Source: Deltaproteobacteria bacterium (GTDB lineage: Bacteria; Desulfobacterota; JADFVX01). Taken from it: a DNA stretch of 64,000 bases. The DNA is taken from the NCBI GenBank assembly GCA_029860075.1, contig JAOUBX010000011.1:11031-75030 (forward strand), given 5' to 3'. Both the position numbers and the translations under genes were made by a program. Positions 28,721 to 36,672 of the stretch are shown here, piece by piece. Under the pieces are notes generated by a model. That model was not told the origin of the DNA. It saw only the letters and a list, made by a program, of their open reading frames with translations, and made no database searches. Positions within the stretch are counted from its first letter, which is position 1. Each line of letters opens with the position of its first letter.

Positions 28721-29182
28721 CTTTCCTTCCTCCTTTAGTTTTGTCCTTCTAAATATGAAGAACCGGATTTGCTAAAAAGGATTCAAAAATAAATCTGTAA
28801 AAAATATGTGTAAAGAATACACGCCCGGAGGACGTGGCCTTGCTTGAGCCCTAAAAGGGCTTGCTTTTCCTTCCCGTTAAAAGGCAGCCGAGTGTAGCCG
28901 TTGACTGAGGATGAAGGGCACAAACTGTCTGAGCGAAGCGAGTTTTTGTGCCCGCCGAAGGCAACGGTGAAAGGAGGGGAGTCCCGCCTTGGCGGGACCA
29001 AGTTTTAGGGCGGCCTTTCTTTTGTTACTTTTCTTTGTCCGCAAAAGAAAAGTAAAATTATTATGGCATACCCTTTTAACTCTAACCCCGCACAAAGGAC
29101 GGGGATTTCAAAGATTAATTAAAAAAGGGGTACACAAACTTCAATTAAGAGGAAAAAAGGAAGGGAGGACAGGACAAGAAAG

Positions 29183-29419
29183 CTACATTTTCTCCATCTC
29201 CCTCTGTATGAGTTCCTTAAGTCGCTTCCTGTCATCATGTGGTAATTTTTTTGTTTTTGTTCTCTTGATGAGAGCGACACTCTTTCGAAAGGTATCCAGT
29301 GTCTCTTTGCACTCCGTACAGTGGCCGATATGGCGCTCCGCCTCTTCAATCATGGCCAGGTCCATCTCACCGTCAAGATATTCCGACATTTTACCGAAGA
29401 GATCCTTACACTTTACCAT
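29183..29419 (-). CDS. Zinc-finger anti-sigma factor (ZAS, RsrA/ChrR-like)
   Basis: 78 aa with HIGHCTECKE (Hx3Cx2C). Immediately downstream of the ECF sigma gene. Confidence 0.7.
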   Translation of the reverse strand: MVKCKDLFGKMSEYLDGEMDLAMIEEAERHIGHCTECKETLDTFRKSVALIKRTKTKKLPHDDRKRLKELIQREMEKM

Positions 29420-29422
29420 ATT

Positions 29423-30016
29423 TTACCTCTTTGCCTTTTCGCTTCCAAAATAGTCCTTCAACTCATCTCTAACAAAGAGCCTCGCCCTGTGAAGACGTGA
29501 CTTTACAGCAGCCGTGGAGATATCAAGTACGCGGGCCGTCTCCTCTCCGCTCAGGCCTTCTGCATCACGAAGGACGATGACGAGACGGTATTTCTTGGGA
29601 AGCTTGCCTATTGCTTCCTCTATTTGGCCTGCCAGTTCGGCATTAAGCGCCTGACCTTCGGGCACTAGCGCTTCATCAGGTATCTCCAGAGCGGTGCCCC
29701 CTTCCTGCGGCAAAAACTGCTCCAGGGAAAGCTCGAAATTCGGTTCATTTACTCCCTTTCTCTTATATTTATAACAGGAATTGGCAGCAACCTTGTAAAG
29801 CCAGTTCTTGAAGCTCGCATCTCCCCGGAATTCGGCAAGATACCTGAAGGCATTGAGAAAGGTTTCCTGGGTTACATCAGCGGCCCCTTCCGGACATCGG
29901 CACATACGATAGAGAAAGCCATATATCCTGTCCTCATATCGGCTCAGCAGTTCATCAAATGCAGAAGCATCACCATTTTTAAAACGTTCTACAACTATGC
30001 GATCAGAGTCCGTCAT
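29423..30016 (-). CDS. ECF (sigma-70 family group IV) sigma factor
   Basis: 197 aa with sigma-70 region 2 and region 4 (SGEETARVLDISTAAVKSRLHRAR). Confidence 0.85.
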   Translation of the reverse strand: MTDSDRIVVERFKNGDASAFDELLSRYEDRIYGFLYRMCRCPEGAADVTQETFLNAFRYLAEFRGDASFKNWLYKVAANSCYKYKRKGVNEPNFELSLEQFLPQEGGTALEIPDEALVPEGQALNAELAGQIEEAIGKLPKKYRLVIVLRDAEGLSGEETARVLDISTAAVKSRLHRARLFVRDELKDYFGSEKAKR

Positions 30017-30266
30017 CTATTAATTATACCTTAACATAAGAAGTTAAGTATCAGTGGAGGGATTTTTTTCTCTAATGGAAAAAATTTCTGCCATATAATG
30101 ATTAAGCTCCCCCCTCACCTGCATCCTCACTTAATACCAAGGGCACTTTTCACTTTGTCCGTGCGCACTCGAAGTGACAGGTCAGTGCAATTTCCTAACC
30201 GTATATTGCTGACTTTGAGTCAGTATTGCTTAAAAAGATAATAATCACAAGGCTGAGATCATCAGA

Positions 30267-30713
30267 TCAAGCCCCCTGAGAGACTATCTCCACCAGCTTA
30301 ATCTCAAAGTTAAGCTCTTTCCCTGCCAGCGGATGATTGGCATCAACGGTTATAGTGTCATCCTTTATTTCGGTAATCCTCACATTGATAACGGTATTTT
30401 CATCGGCATTGGCCCTGAGTGTCATTCCGATCTTAGGCTCTAAACCTTCCGGCAGTTGGTCCCGGCCGATAAGAGTGAACATCTCCGCATTGGGTTCTCC
30501 ATAGGCCTCCTCCGGCGGTATGCTTATGTTTTTCTCCTTTCCCACTTCGAGACCAACAACAGCCTTTTCGAAAGCAGGGAGTACCATTTCTTTGCCGATG
30601 GTAAACTCAAAAGGCTTCGATTCATCTGAAGCGTCAAAAAGAGAGCCGTCTTCGAAGGTCCCTTTGTAGAGGACCTTTACCATATCACCATCTTTCGCTA
30701 TTTTCTTGTCCAT
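30267..30713 (-). CDS. FKBP-type peptidyl-prolyl isomerase (SlyD-like)
   Basis: FKBP domain with inserted IF (insert-in-flap) domain. Probable start is MDKKIAKDGDMVKV (residue 21 of the track ORF), preceded by AAGGA. Confidence 0.8.
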   Translation of the reverse strand: MDKKIAKDGDMVKVLYKGTFEDGSLFDASDESKPFEFTIGKEMVLPAFEKAVVGLEVGKEKNISIPPEEAYGEPNAEMFTLIGRDQLPEGLEPKIGMTLRANADENTVINVRITEIKDDTITVDANHPLAGKELNFEIKLVEIVSQGA

Positions 30714-30794
30714 CTTGTTATTCCTTTCAATTCTTATTAAAAAAGGCGGCAGGAACACCCTGCCGCCTCTCAAAAGCGCTTAACTCTGAAACAA

Positions 30795-31157
30795 TTACTT
30801 TCCTTTGCACTTACAAAGCACCCGCAAATGCTTGATCAAGGCATCTACCTCTTTATCAGTCAGGGTCTTCGACCAGGGAGGCATCATGGGTGACTTGCTA
30901 AGTGCAGGACCGCCATCAATAATAACATTCTTAAGATCAGCATTGGAGAGTTTATTCATCTCCGCTGCATTAGTAAAGTTCCTCGGTGTAACAGGCATAT
31001 CCTTTGTAACATTGGGCCCGTCACCCTTACCTCCCACACCATGACACTGGGCGCAGTAAAAACTATAAAGCTCCTTTCCACCAGCTGCATCAGCCTGAGG
31101 CGTTGCTGCCAGAAGGAAAGAAAAAACCGCTAATAAACATACAGTAATTCTCATCAT
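30795..31157 (-). CDS. Periplasmic monohaem class-I cytochrome c
   Basis: 120 aa, signal peptide, CAQCH. Confidence 0.8.
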   Translation of the reverse strand: MMRITVCLLAVFSFLLAATPQADAAGGKELYSFYCAQCHGVGGKGDGPNVTKDMPVTPRNFTNAAEMNKLSNADLKNVIIDGGPALSKSPMMPPWSKTLTDKEVDALIKHLRVLCKCKGK

Positions 31158-31182
31158 ATCAATCTCTCCTTATTCAACTATC

Positions 31183-31860
31183 TTATTTGAAGCTGGCAAC
31201 AAAGGCCGATACATTTTTCATGTCTTTATCCTTCAGAAGACCCTTAAATACAGGCATAATCTTGACAGGCTTGAAAACCTTTGGATTTACCATATAGGCA
31301 TAGATCCAGTCAGGATTGAGTCGTTTGCCGGCTCCGACAAGTGACGGACCGGTCATACCACCGGATATTTTTTTCTTGAAGGGATATTGATGACAACCTG
31401 AACAGGGCATTTTTTTCATAAATATAAGCTTACCCTTTGGATTTTTCTTAGGCTTGATAACCCCTGCTTTGACATCCTTAGAAGTGAGTGTCATAAGGTA
31501 ATCTGTCACATTTGCCGCATCCCCCCCTGAGAGTTTAGGATGATTTCCTGGATTCTTCTTTGTCAGGGAATTAAAGGCTAATGGTCTGATGGGCTTGGGA
31601 TCCTGAAGCCATTTGGCCATCCACTCCTTCTGAAATTTGCTTCCCGCATACCAGAGTTCAGGCCCTTTTTTCTTTTTCTGATCGGCTATTGTCTTCTCAC
31701 GGGCAGGGCCTTTCGTATAATGACAACTTCCACCGCATTTCTTTGCCTTAAAAACCTTCTTTCCTGCCGCCGCATCGGCCCAGCTCATCCCGTTTGCCGC
31801 CAGAATGAAAGCAAATACCGACACTACTGATACTGTTCTCTTCCAAGTCACCACATTCAA
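31183..31860 (-). CDS. Periplasmic dihaem cytochrome c
   Basis: 225 aa, signal peptide. Haem motifs CGGSCH (CX3CH variant) and CSGCH. Confidence 0.7.
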   Translation of the reverse strand: MNVVTWKRTVSVVSVFAFILAANGMSWADAAAGKKVFKAKKCGGSCHYTKGPAREKTIADQKKKKGPELWYAGSKFQKEWMAKWLQDPKPIRPLAFNSLTKKNPGNHPKLSGGDAANVTDYLMTLTSKDVKAGVIKPKKNPKGKLIFMKKMPCSGCHQYPFKKKISGGMTGPSLVGAGKRLNPDWIYAYMVNPKVFKPVKIMPVFKGLLKDKDMKNVSAFVASFK

Positions 31861-32048
31861 CCTCCTGATTATTTATTTAGGGAATCTCTAAATATTCCGG
31901 GCGAGAATATAAAGGAATCAAAAAAGTCAGATTCAAGGCAAAAATTGCAGTCTATAGTGAGTCTATAGGTCAAATTTTTAACGCAGAAGGTGGCTTTTTT
32001 GAACCTTTAGATGCCGGTCATGAATTTTTAGAGGTACCCTTTATACTT

Positions 32049-32465
32049 TTATCGATGTTTAGGTTCTACAGGGAAGCCTGCCTGAACCCAGGCATCGAAT
32101 CCTCCCTTAAGGACCTTAACATCCTTGAATCCCTTTTCTTTTAGTATCACCGCCGCACGGGCGCTGGTATACTCATTAGCTCAGGTGCAATAAGCAACTA
32201 TCTCACTTTCTTTTGAAAGCTCGCCCCATCTCGACTCTAAAGCACCTATCGGTATCCTTAGGGCTCCTTTGATCTTGTCATTTGACGCCATCCACGAGCC
32301 CGTCGTTCTTACATCGAGGATGACAGTGGAACCACCTTTGTCTATCCTGGCCTTAAGTGCTTCAACGGTCACCCTGGGAACATTATCTTCCGCCTGGATC
32401 ATGGCAGGCATAAAGAGAAATATCGATACTACCAGTGTCATGCACCGTCTTTTCAACATTATCAT
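32049..32465 (-). CDS. Periplasmic rhodanese with in-frame TGA at the active site (candidate selenoprotein)
   Basis: Track ORF 32181..32465 stops at TGA (plus-strand 32181-32183) exactly in the catalytic loop (IVAYCT-TGA-ANEYTSARAAVILKEKGF). The same frame continues uninterrupted to TAA at 32049-32051, encoding the rest of the fold (KVLKGGFDAWVQAGFPVEPKHR). A hairpin CAGCGCC-CGUGC-GGCGGUG starts about 14 nt after the UGA. Confidence 0.55.
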
Positions 32466-32493
32466 AGACCTCCTCTCTGTAATGATTTGAAAA

Positions 32494-33198
32494 TTAATGG
32501 CCGCTTTTTACCAGTACATACAGGAGAGAATCATCACTCCAGAATGTAACGTCATCACCATAAACGGGCATTTTATATGCCGTGTTTTTCTTCATGTCAA
32601 AAGTAATACTATGGGGATCGAGGATAAAAAGTGATGCCCTCTTTCCCTCCTCTTCATAAAAGAGATATGCAACGTCCTCGCGCCCCAGGCTGCACTTCCT
32701 TCCGCCAAGCAGTTGCAGCCCTTCATCAAAGAGCCCGGGTACTGAAACTTCAAAAGCTAGCTTTCCTACAAACCAGCCGGGGATATCACTTACCTGTCCT
32801 GCCTCAAAAGTCATAGCGTAGTTCTTATAGTGGTTTTCCATGGCAAAATGGACCAGCTTTTCGGGACTCCCAATATCACCGATAAAAGGATTTAGCATCA
32901 CCAGAAGTAGCACAGCCATAGCCAGGGCAGGCATAGCAATTTTCCATGGAAAGAATGGTTTTTCATCTTTCTCTTTTGCTTCCAGGGCACTAATATCCTG
33001 ATCAATACGATTTAATAATCCTTCCGGAAGGGGCGATTTTTTAAGACCATCCGCTATGATCTCCTCAAGCTTCCTGTCCGCATTCATCATGGCTGAGCAG
33101 TATTCACACTGCGAGAGATGGTCTTCCACTTCCTGAGGCGGCCCTTCCACTGCTCCTTTGCCGGATAAATATTTTTTAAAATCATCACATTTCATCAT
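32494..33198 (-). CDS. Membrane-spanning anti-sigma factor with N-terminal zinc-finger (zf-HC2) domain
   Basis: 234 aa, N-terminal CDDFKKYL...HLSQCEYC, central TM helix, periplasmic C-terminal domain. Overlaps the upstream ECF sigma gene by 4 bp. Confidence 0.7.
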   Translation of the reverse strand: MMKCDDFKKYLSGKGAVEGPPQEVEDHLSQCEYCSAMMNADRKLEEIIADGLKKSPLPEGLLNRIDQDISALEAKEKDEKPFFPWKIAMPALAMAVLLLVMLNPFIGDIGSPEKLVHFAMENHYKNYAMTFEAGQVSDIPGWFVGKLAFEVSVPGLFDEGLQLLGGRKCSLGREDVAYLFYEEEGKRASLFILDPHSITFDMKKNTAYKMPVYGDDVTFWSDDSLLYVLVKSGH

Positions 33199-33803
33199 TG
33201 TCTTAACCTCCTGTCAGGACGGTTAAAATCAACTTTCAGTATGTTGTTACCATAATCAAAACCGGATGATGCACTTAGCAGTTCCTTTTTGAGATGGTTC
33301 TTCCCCCTTGATATACGCGACATGACCGTACCTATCGGTATTTCCAGTGCATTGGAAATCTCCTGGTAAGCCATCCCTTCCACATAGAAGAGAAGAAGCG
33401 GTGTTCTATACTTTTCCGGTATTTTGGAAACACGCTCGCTCATCCTGTATCTCTCATTTTTTTCTGAGATCAACGCCTCCGGATTACGGGATTCATCGCC
33501 TGTCCTTGCCAGCATTTCCACATATTTTTCCTCATGCTCGGTAATAAACTCCCCTTTCCTGGTATTCCTTGCACTTTCCCTGAAAAAGAGGTTTCTCATA
33601 ATGGAAAGGAGCCAGTACTTGCACTTTTTTTCATCTTTTAGCTGATCAAAATTCTTAAATGCTCTGTAAAAGGTTTCCTGTGTAATATCCTCGGCATCGC
33701 TGCCGTTTCCCGTATAATAGAGCGCCATATTATAAATGAACTCTGCATGAGGATAGGCCACCTCCTGAAAACGCCTCTTTTTTCTATTCTTTGATGAAAA
33801 CAA
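33195..33803 (-). CDS. ECF sigma factor
   Basis: 202 aa with sigma-70 regions 2 and 4. Confidence 0.8.
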   Translation of the reverse strand: MFSSKNRKKRRFQEVAYPHAEFIYNMALYYTGNGSDAEDITQETFYRAFKNFDQLKDEKKCKYWLLSIMRNLFFRESARNTRKGEFITEHEEKYVEMLARTGDESRNPEALISEKNERYRMSERVSKIPEKYRTPLLLFYVEGMAYQEISNALEIPIGTVMSRISRGKNHLKKELLSASSGFDYGNNILKVDFNRPDRRLRQ

Positions 33804-33806
33804 ATC

Positions 33807-34328
33807 CTACTCCATGAGGCTCTGGAAGTGAGCACCCAAATCTTTGGGGAGAGCGGCATCCCTGTAACGTACTTTTCCACTCCGATCAACGATAATGATG
33901 GTCGGTGTCCCCATAACGTTGAAAGACTTTGTAATTTTGCTCCCCTCATCAAAAGCAAGAGGATAATCCATACCGTATTTTTTACTGTATCGCTTCATCT
34001 TTTTTTCGGAATCATTGATACCCACGTTGATGGCCAGAAATTCCATTCCTTTTGGATTAAAGGTGGAATAGAACTCTTTAAGTTTAGGTATCTCCTCCTT
34101 ACATACGGGACACCATGTGGCCCAAAATATCAGGAAAAGGGGTGCTTTTCCTTTTTTATCATCCACCTTAAAGAGATTCCCCTTCATCGTTTTTATTTCA
34201 AATGACGGGGCCATATCTTCTACTGTGACAGCAAAAACCCTGACGGAAAAAAGAAAGAGAAAGACGATAGTAATTAAAGCTATCAGTTCAAAGCGGATAT
34301 TTAAGTTCAATTTAAATTCATTCTTCAT
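33807..34328 (-). CDS. TlpA/ResA-like periplasmic thiol:disulfide oxidoreductase
   Basis: 173 aa, membrane anchor, thioredoxin fold with WCPVC active site. Confidence 0.8.
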   Translation of the reverse strand: MKNEFKLNLNIRFELIALITIVFLFLFSVRVFAVTVEDMAPSFEIKTMKGNLFKVDDKKGKAPLFLIFWATWCPVCKEEIPKLKEFYSTFNPKGMEFLAINVGINDSEKKMKRYSKKYGMDYPLAFDEGSKITKSFNVMGTPTIIIVDRSGKVRYRDAALPKDLGAHFQSLME

Positions 34329-35026
34329 AGCAGCAACTCTCCCATTTTAATAAGGAAGTACTCTCCCAGGCCGATCATAAGAAAACCTATCCCCTTTTTG
34401 ACTTTTACCATCCACTCTCCCGACCTTGGAAGCGCAGCAACAAGACCTGAAAAGGTCCCTACCAGGACCAGCAGCACGCCCATGCCTAATGAAAAAACAA
34501 AGAGCAGGCTCCATCCAAGGAGGATATTACCTGTGGAGGCAACGTAGGCCAGCATAACCCCGAGTACGGGGGCCGTACAGGGCGCTGCCACGAAACCTGA
34601 AGCCATCCCTATAATTATAGCACCTCCAATTCCTCCACGTTCCGATGAAGCGGACTTGGGAACAAATGAAGGTATGGTAAAAACGTCAAGCATGCTCAAT
34701 CCCAGCAGTATTATAATATTGGCCACAATGAGGTAAGCATAGGGATTGGTACTTACCTGCCCGAAAAAACGCCCCGTTGCAGCAGCAAAGACACCGAGAA
34801 AGGAGTATGTGAGCGCCACACCGAGCACATAAGAGAGGGAAAGAATAAAGCCCCTCACCTTTGAACCTCCCAGGTTCCTTGAGCCTACATATCCTGCCGT
34901 AATAGGAATCATGGGATATACACAAGGTGTAAAGCTTGTCAAAAGGCCACCTAAAAAAGCTGCGATAAAAGACATAAGTATGGAGGCCTGCAGATAGGCC
35001 TCCATACCGTTTATAAGTTCAGTCAC
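34325..35026 (-). CDS. ccdA: Cytochrome c biogenesis thiol-reductant transporter CcdA (DsbD beta-domain)
   Basis: 233 aa, six TM helices, the two conserved Cys (TPCVYP and APCTAP). Confidence 0.85.
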   Translation of the reverse strand: MTELINGMEAYLQASILMSFIAAFLGGLLTSFTPCVYPMIPITAGYVGSRNLGGSKVRGFILSLSYVLGVALTYSFLGVFAAATGRFFGQVSTNPYAYLIVANIIILLGLSMLDVFTIPSFVPKSASSERGGIGGAIIIGMASGFVAAPCTAPVLGVMLAYVASTGNILLGWSLLFVFSLGMGVLLVLVGTFSGLVAALPRSGEWMVKVKKGIGFLMIGLGEYFLIKMGELLL

Positions 35027-35035
35027 AATTCTATA

Positions 35036-35512
35036 TCAATGATCGTGTGCCATAGAAGGTGCTTCACCAAGCTTCCTGCTCGCAAGTCTCTTGGCCATAA
35101 GCATGTCTTCCTCGTAGGCCGCTTTCTGAATCTGGGCCCATGTAATACCCTCGACCTTGATATCATCAATTTCGATCATATTTGCCACGGGATAAATGTA
35201 GCCGGTGATGGTAGCTTCCTTCCCCTTTTTCCCGATCAGTTTATGGGTCCTGATCACTTCGTGTCCTTTTGCATTTTCGACAATATTCCAGATGGTTCCG
35301 TCAGCTGTTTTAAAGCCGATACCGTGCTGTGAATAGAGGCTGCATTGCGCATTTGCGCCGTCAAGCTTTTTCAGGCTGCAGCCTACGCAAAGTAAAGTAC
35401 CTTTAAGCGTAATTTTGTCTAAACCTTTCTTTTTGTCCCAACCACCAGCAACGGCCAGCGTAGCCGTCAACAATAATACTGTTACCGCAATAGCTCCTTT
35501 TCTAAACATCAA
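35036..35512 (-). CDS. Periplasmic hypothetical protein
   Basis: 158 aa, signal peptide, two Cys pairs. No recognised family. Confidence 0.4.
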   Translation of the reverse strand: MMFRKGAIAVTVLLLTATLAVAGGWDKKKGLDKITLKGTLLCVGCSLKKLDGANAQCSLYSQHGIGFKTADGTIWNIVENAKGHEVIRTHKLIGKKGKEATITGYIYPVANMIEIDDIKVEGITWAQIQKAAYEEDMLMAKRLASRKLGEAPSMAHDH

Positions 35513-35663
35513 TTGACTCCTTTATTTTTTTATTATTATTTTCGTCTTCCAAAAAAGTTACTTATTTACCCCACTCCCCCCTTTCTCTAATAAGATATAT
35601 ATAGAATAAGAGACAAGAGAAAGTCCTTTTATTCCCAAAACAAATAAAAAAATAATTATTTAG

Positions 35664-35708
35664 TTTCCATCCAGAAACTATAATAAATGAAACTTTGTTT
35701 TCAATTCG
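35664..35708 (+). promoter_or_regulatory. Shared promoter-like motif CCATCCAGAAAC-TATAAT...TGTTTTCAAT
   Basis: A near-identical 45-bp motif recurs at 60553..60598 directly upstream of the U32 peptidase gene. It contains a TATAAT / GATAAT -10 hexamer. Confidence 0.45.
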
Positions 35709-35839
35709 GAAAGGAGGGATTTTTTTGCAAGGTCAAGGAAATCAAGGGTTTCGCCGAGTTGTACTACTGTACATCGCACAAGCAAAACCGAAGATTGACG
35801 CAGAGATTGCGAAAAAGCACCCTTGACCGATGAAAACTA
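35698..35839 (+). repeat. 140-bp dispersed repeat, copy B (candidate small RNA)
   Basis: See copy A. Here it is preceded by a TATAAT promoter-like motif. Confidence 0.7.
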
Positions 35840-35903
35840 TTTATGATTTTCCGGCCAGATAGAGCCAATAGAAACAAGAACAGAGCAATTTTTCAGCATA
35901 TTT

Positions 35904-36395
35904 TTAAGCCGCCTTTGCATTCAGGGCCTCACCTTTTCCACTCAATAACAAGGCCCCACGATCCTCTTCCCCTGTAATATATTTTTGAGCCAGATCACCT
36001 ATAGTGTAGCTCTCCAGCTTGGAGATTAACGTTCGTTGTGTTTCTTCCAGAGACAGATGGACAGCACAATAGCCCCCCTTATGACAGGTATCGCCTCTTT
36101 CTGTACAACGTGTCATAATAATGGGACCATTCACCGCCTCAATAACATCCTTCAAGGTAATAAGCCGGGCATCTTTTGAAAGAGAAACCCCTCCGTCCCT
36201 TCCCCTGTACCCCTTTACAATTCCGGCATTAACCAGAGGAGGTATAACCTTTGCCAGGAAATAACGGGGAATTTCCTCCTCCTGCGCAATCTCCTTTATG
36301 GTAACAAGCTCCTTGTTATTCTTCATTGCCAGGTTAACAACAGACCGGATGGCGTAATCTGCAACTTTATTAAGCTTCATCTCATCACACCTCAT
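35904..36395 (-). CDS. Rrf2-family Fe-S transcriptional regulator (NsrR/IscR-like)
   Basis: 163 aa, N-terminal wHTH (KLNKVADYAIRSVVNLA). Three-Cys cluster ligand region CTERGDTCHKGGYC (Cx6Cx5C). Last gene of the cydA-like operon 2. Confidence 0.8.
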   Translation of the reverse strand: MRCDEMKLNKVADYAIRSVVNLAMKNNKELVTIKEIAQEEEIPRYFLAKVIPPLVNAGIVKGYRGRDGGVSLSKDARLITLKDVIEAVNGPIIMTRCTERGDTCHKGGYCAVHLSLEETQRTLISKLESYTIGDLAQKYITGEEDRGALLLSGKGEALNAKAA

Positions 36396-36405
36396 TTTGT
36401 AGTGA

Positions 36406-36669
36406 TCATTGATTGCCTGTATGGTTCATGGTTTCCTTACAGATACGCCTTCCTAAAACCTGGCCCGCCAGGGCTACTACAATAAAATAAGGAACACTCC
36501 AATATCCCAGTCCGACAACACGCCTCAATATGATAGTAATAACAATGGGAATATAGAGGCACCTTGCCCAGGGTTTTGAGTATCTCTCGTACCTTCCACC
36601 AATGAGGCCGAAGGAAATATGTATAAAAAATGTATATAAAATGATTGAAAGGAAACTATCATCAATCAT
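36406..36669 (-). CDS. Small two-TM membrane protein, hypothetical
   Basis: 87 aa, tightly packed between the cytochrome gene and the Rrf2 gene. Confidence 0.45.
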   Translation of the reverse strand: MIDDSFLSIILYTFFIHISFGLIGGRYERYSKPWARCLYIPIVITIILRRVVGLGYWSVPYFIVVALAGQVLGRRICKETMNHTGNQ

Positions 36670-36672
36670 CCA

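Noticed and set aside
28800-29110. tmRNA / RNase P RNA / SRP RNA
   Set aside because: The segment lacks the GGGGCUGAUUCUGGAUUCGAC tmRNA 5' end, the GGAAAGUCCGGGCU P4 region, and the SRP domain IV motif. I left it as an unassigned candidate ncRNA.
28783-29453. Track ORFs of 72-154 aa on both strands
   Set aside because: They overlap one another and the well-supported anti-sigma gene, have skewed composition and no motifs, so I treat the area as non-coding or structured RNA.
32181-32465. Rhodanese as a truncated pseudogene
   Set aside because: The stop is a single TGA at the catalytic position with perfect in-frame continuation and a downstream hairpin. Recoding as Sec is more parsimonious than decay, though it is not proven.
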